IMG/VR virus record: IMGVR_UViG_3300031555_001441
Coordinates: 32,001 to 96,000 of that record
DNA length: 64,000 nt
From: a virus
Taxonomy: Duplodnaviria > Caudoviricetes
Strand: one strand, 5' to 3'
The position numbers were made by a program, and so were the translations under genes. The notes beneath the pieces were generated by a model. That model was not told where the DNA came from, did not search any database, and saw only the letters and a list, made by a program, of their open reading frames with translations. This document shows, one piece after another, positions 61,099 to 64,000 of the stretch; position 1 is the stretch's first letter; every line of letters begins with the position of its first letter.

Positions 61099-61128
61099 AA
61101 AAAATAGAATGCTAAGTAGCATTCTATT
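61099..61128 (-). terminator. Intrinsic terminator
   Basis: AATAGAATGCT-aagt-AGCATTCTATT. Confidence 0.6.
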
Positions 61129-61159
61129 AAATATGAATATTAGCAGATGAGGAATTTTG

Positions 61160-61690
61160 TTATTCAGTAGTGACGTAAAAGTCTATTACAAAGGACGTAG
61201 AATCACCCGGGGCTAATGTAACTGGTGATTCCAATACTTCACGGTACAATAAGTATTGACTGCTATTGCCAGTTGCGCCAATAGCACTGCCGGCGATAAG
61301 TTGCGATTTATATCCGATTTCACCTATTATCATATTAGTACTACCATTATTTGTGACAATAACAGTAATTCGTTTAATAATACGATTTAGACTTTCGTCA
61401 CTGATTGGAGTTGTTGATACCTTACCTGAAATATTTGAGCCTATGGTTGACTCTAATTGGTAGTCATTAACACTCGGAGGGGTTGTACCAGAGCCTACAG
61501 ACCAACCTTGTGCACTATAATTTGTAGTGAAACTATCCATACTATCGCTTGACGGATAGGCATAGCTTTGTACGGGTACAAGATATCTTTCAACTCCGCT
61601 TATATCACGAACTTTAATGTATGTCGTTTTATTATAGTTGTTGCCGAGCATAACTATTTTTGAAAGATTTATAAAGTTATTAGTCAGCAT
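61160..61690 (-). CDS. Putative tail-fibre-associated protein
   Basis: VGSGTTPP..DYQL, IGEIG, YREVLESPVTL. Confidence 0.55.
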   Translation of the reverse strand: MLTNNFINLSKIVMLGNNYNKTTYIKVRDISGVERYLVPVQSYAYPSSDSMDSFTTNYSAQGWSVGSGTTPPSVNDYQLESTIGSNISGKVSTTPISDESLNRIIKRITVIVTNNGSTNMIIGEIGYKSQLIAGSAIGATGNSSQYLLYREVLESPVTLAPGDSTSFVIDFYVTTE

Positions 61691-61907
61691 TTATTATTAC
61701 CTCCATTTGATTATTATTTGTGACATCTTCTGCGGTAAGTATGTGATTTACTATTGGCACAACAGTTAATTCTGTTTGTACAGAACTACCTCCGTTATCT
61801 GTACTAAACGTTACATATTCTCCAGGATGATCGGCGTCTTCGAGTTGCACGTTATCTATATTTTGAATAACGTCGTTTCCTAGTTTTACATTTTTCTTAG
61901 GCGTCAT
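61680..61907 (-). CDS. Stand-alone copy of the KLGNDVI N-terminal module
   Basis: VKLGNDVIQNIDNVQLEDADHPGEYVTFS matches the N-terminus of the DGR target. Confidence 0.65.
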   Translation of the reverse strand: MTPKKNVKLGNDVIQNIDNVQLEDADHPGEYVTFSTDNGGSSVQTELTVVPIVNHILTAEDVTNNNQMEVIINAD

Positions 61908-61983
61908 ATTGTTGTTAAATAAACCTCCTCTGTTCTTATACTTGCTGCATCTATATAAGGTTGCAGTAGTAGAAAATAAATAA

Positions 61984-62008
61984 AGAGAACAACTAAAAGT
62001 TGTTCTCT
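61984..62008 (-). terminator. Intrinsic terminator
   Basis: AGAGAACAACT-aaa-AGTTGTTCTCT. Confidence 0.55.
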
Positions 62009-62031
62009 AAACCGATGATTTTTTTGTGTTG

Positions 62032-62682
62032 TTATCTTAGAGGAAGTCCGGATTCGACATTCTCATAGAGCCAATTTATAAAGGTTTCATCTGTTATGTT
62101 TTGATCACCAGATATAGTAATAGTTTTATATAATGTACTATACCAATTATTATTGGCATAAGCTATCAAAGAATTATTGTTGTTATTATTAGTAAATCCA
62201 TATTTAAAATAATTATCATAAAAATCAATATAAATAAATTCATAATTATTATATGAACTATTTTTAAAATTTATATTATATTGACCAGAAATAGAAATAT
62301 TTATATTATCTTTAAATACAATAACATCACCATCGTGTAATACTAACACATCAGTAAAATCAGCATACAACGAAACTTCATCTGATTGAGGTGTATATGG
62401 AAATGTTACACGAGTTGATGCATCACCTTTGACGCTATTCCATCCACTAAACGACGCTGAAGGCTTCGTTGGATTGACGGGAGCCGATACAGATCCACCG
62501 GACTGCACCATACTGATTGCATATGTGTTGTCATCGTAGTTTATGAATTTAACTGAATGTCCACCCGAGATTGTAGAGCCTAGCGAGAATGCGACATATT
62601 GCCCTGAGTTATTAGCATCTTCAATCTTTACAGTTTCTATATCATTGATTACATCGTTGCCGAGTTTTATGTTTCTGCCCAT
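62032..62682 (-). CDS. Paralog of the DGR target (KLGNDVI module + B-repeat) with a different C-terminal domain
   Basis: IKLGNDVI...GQYVAFSLGS...PTKP...SGW..KGDASTRV.FPYTP; AGGAG RBS before ATG 62682. Confidence 0.75.
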   Translation of the reverse strand: MGRNIKLGNDVINDIETVKIEDANNSGQYVAFSLGSTISGGHSVKFINYDDNTYAISMVQSGGSVSAPVNPTKPSASFSGWNSVKGDASTRVTFPYTPQSDEVSLYADFTDVLVLHDGDVIVFKDNINISISGQYNINFKNSSYNNYEFIYIDFYDNYFKYGFTNNNNNNSLIAYANNNWYSTLYKTITISGDQNITDETFINWLYENVESGLPLR

Positions 62683-62777
62683 AGCTGAAATCGCTCCTAG
62701 AATATAATTTGTTGTAAATATACAAGGTTGCATAATGTTAAATGCCCTACTATAGAAGTAAGGGCATCATCAACATA

Positions 62778-64000
62778 TTATGTTGCAGGAACTATTGTGT
62801 TTGATGTGTAGTATGTTGTATTAATTGTAGGAGTACTTTTAAAAGAACCACCTGTAATTGCAAACATCAGATATAAAGAATTGCTGTCAGTAGAGCCATT
62901 ACCTTCAGAAGGGATACGATATGGTGTATTATATTCAGAAGTTTGAGTATCTGACAACTTTATGGAGGTACAACCGTAAAACATACCATCATAACAATAA
63001 TCAGCCAACGTAGTAGCAGGTAAAGCAGGAAGAGTCGTAAGAGAAGTACATCCGTAAAACATCTGATAATAACAACTATTAGCTAACGTAGTAGCAGGTA
63101 AAGCTGGTACTGTTGTGAGAGAAGTACATCCCATAAACATATAACAGTAGCAGAAATTACCTAACGTAGTAGCTGGTAATTCTGGAGCAGTTGTGAGAGA
63201 GGTACAGCCTCTGAACATACTTTGATAACAATTCTCAGCTAACGTAGTAGCAAGTAAAGCAGGAGGAGTCGTAAGAGAGGTACAACCATTAAACATAGTA
63301 TCATAACAACTCTCAGCTAACGTAGTAGCAGGTAAAGCAGGAGAAGTCGTAAGAGAGGTACAGTTATAGAACATACTGTTATAACATGACAATGCCAAAG
63401 ACGTAGCTGGTAGAGCTGGGGCTATTGTGAGAGAAGTACAGTTTCCGAACATACCTTGATAGCAACGACTAGTTAATGCAGTAGCTGGTAATGCTGGAGC
63501 TGAAGTAAGAGATGTACAACCGTCGAACATATAACTGTAGCAGTTTCTAGATAACGCAGTAGCTGGTAATTCCGGAGCAGTTGTAAGCGAGGTACAACCA
63601 TAGAACATATATTGATAACAACGGTCAGCCCACATAATAGAGCCCCTCAACGTTGTAGCAGGTAATTCTGGAGCAGAGATAAGAGCAGTACAACCATAGA
63701 ACATATAACTGTAGCAGTCTAGACCCATTGTCGGGTGATTACCATCAGTTACAGTCTGATAATCTAGCAGGTTCTCAATATTTCCGCTACATGAAATATT
63801 TGACCCAGACAACACCCATCTCGAACTTAAACTATTGCTATTACCAGTTATTCCTTTATTTCCTGTACCTCTAAGGTACAGTTTATTATTAGATCCACTA
63901 CTAAGCGTTGTAGTTCCATCCCAAGTATTCCATGTTGTTGTATCTGTAGAATACTCTAATGTTCCACCCCAGTGCTTTACATTGTCATAAACATTTAATG
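62778..64000 (-). CDS. Partial BspA-like LRR surface/virion protein (5' end beyond window)
   Basis: About ten 26-aa repeats APxLPATTLAxxCYxxMFxGCTSLT; the frame is open to the window end. Confidence 0.85.
   Translation of the reverse strand, partial: LNVYDNVKHWGGTLEYSTDTTTWNTWDGTTTLSSGSNNKLYLRGTGNKGITGNSNSLSSRWVLSGSNISCSGNIENLLDYQTVTDGNHPTMGLDCYSYMFYGCTALISAPELPATTLRGSIMWADRCYQYMFYGCTSLTTAPELPATALSRNCYSYMFDGCTSLTSAPALPATALTSRCYQGMFGNCTSLTIAPALPATSLALSCYNSMFYNCTSLTTSPALPATTLAESCYDTMFNGCTSLTTPPALLATTLAENCYQSMFRGCTSLTTAPELPATTLGNFCYCYMFMGCTSLTTVPALPATTLANSCYYQMFYGCTSLTTLPALPATTLADYCYDGMFYGCTSIKLSDTQTSEYNTPYRIPSEGNGSTDSNSLYLMFAITGGSFKSTPTINTTYYTSNTIVPAT

Noticed and set aside
40-61463. The many short plus-strand ORFs in the track (other than 47913-48677)
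   Set aside because: They are antisense shadows of minus-strand genes, with no RBS or recognisable motifs.
62032-62682. Second DGR target
   Set aside because: It shares the N-terminus with the target but has no TR-like sequence or WWLRSP domain; I saw no other VR in the window.
62990-63700. Repeat array as CRISPR or ncRNA array
   Set aside because: The 78-nt period is in frame with an LRR protein and varies at synonymous positions.
1-64000. tRNA or rRNA genes
   Set aside because: I recognised no cloverleaf/T-loop or rRNA signatures by eye; tRNAscan-SE would be needed to exclude them.

Overview
This window is part of a large tailed (myovirus-like) phage genome, probably infecting an anaerobic Firmicute (inferred from GGAGG-type RBSs, low GC and BspA/InlB-type repeats). 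Almost all genes are on the minus strand. From left to right: (1) probable virion-internal proteins sharing an MK(R/K)xI(K/R)(A/S)(A/S)-like motif, including two BspA-LRR paralogs each broken by one nucleotide; (2) tail sheath; (3) a complete diversity-generating retroelement (target/VR, hairpin, avd, TR, RT); (4) neck, portal, a catalytically degenerate NAD-ligase homolog and an intein-containing terminase; (5) a replication/recombination/DNA-modification block with a DpdA/TGT-like enzyme, dNTP diphosphohydrolase, clamp-loader subunits, clamp, RecA, a group I intron-split family A polymerase, primase and helicase; (6) a structured leader RNA and an iteron-like origin next to a sigma-like gene; (7) small accessory genes and a VUT/YhhQ transporter plus amidase cassette; (8) modular tail/adhesin genes. 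The top candidate for novelty is a DnaX intein whose central ~1 kb is dual-coding, with a Zn-finger/Vsr-like homing endonuclease overprinted in another frame behind its own RBS. Other candidates are a possible salvage-type 7-deazaguanine DNA-modification set with an amidase, two phage promoter classes, and a repeated protein-processing motif. All family assignments are from motif recognition by eye, not database searches.
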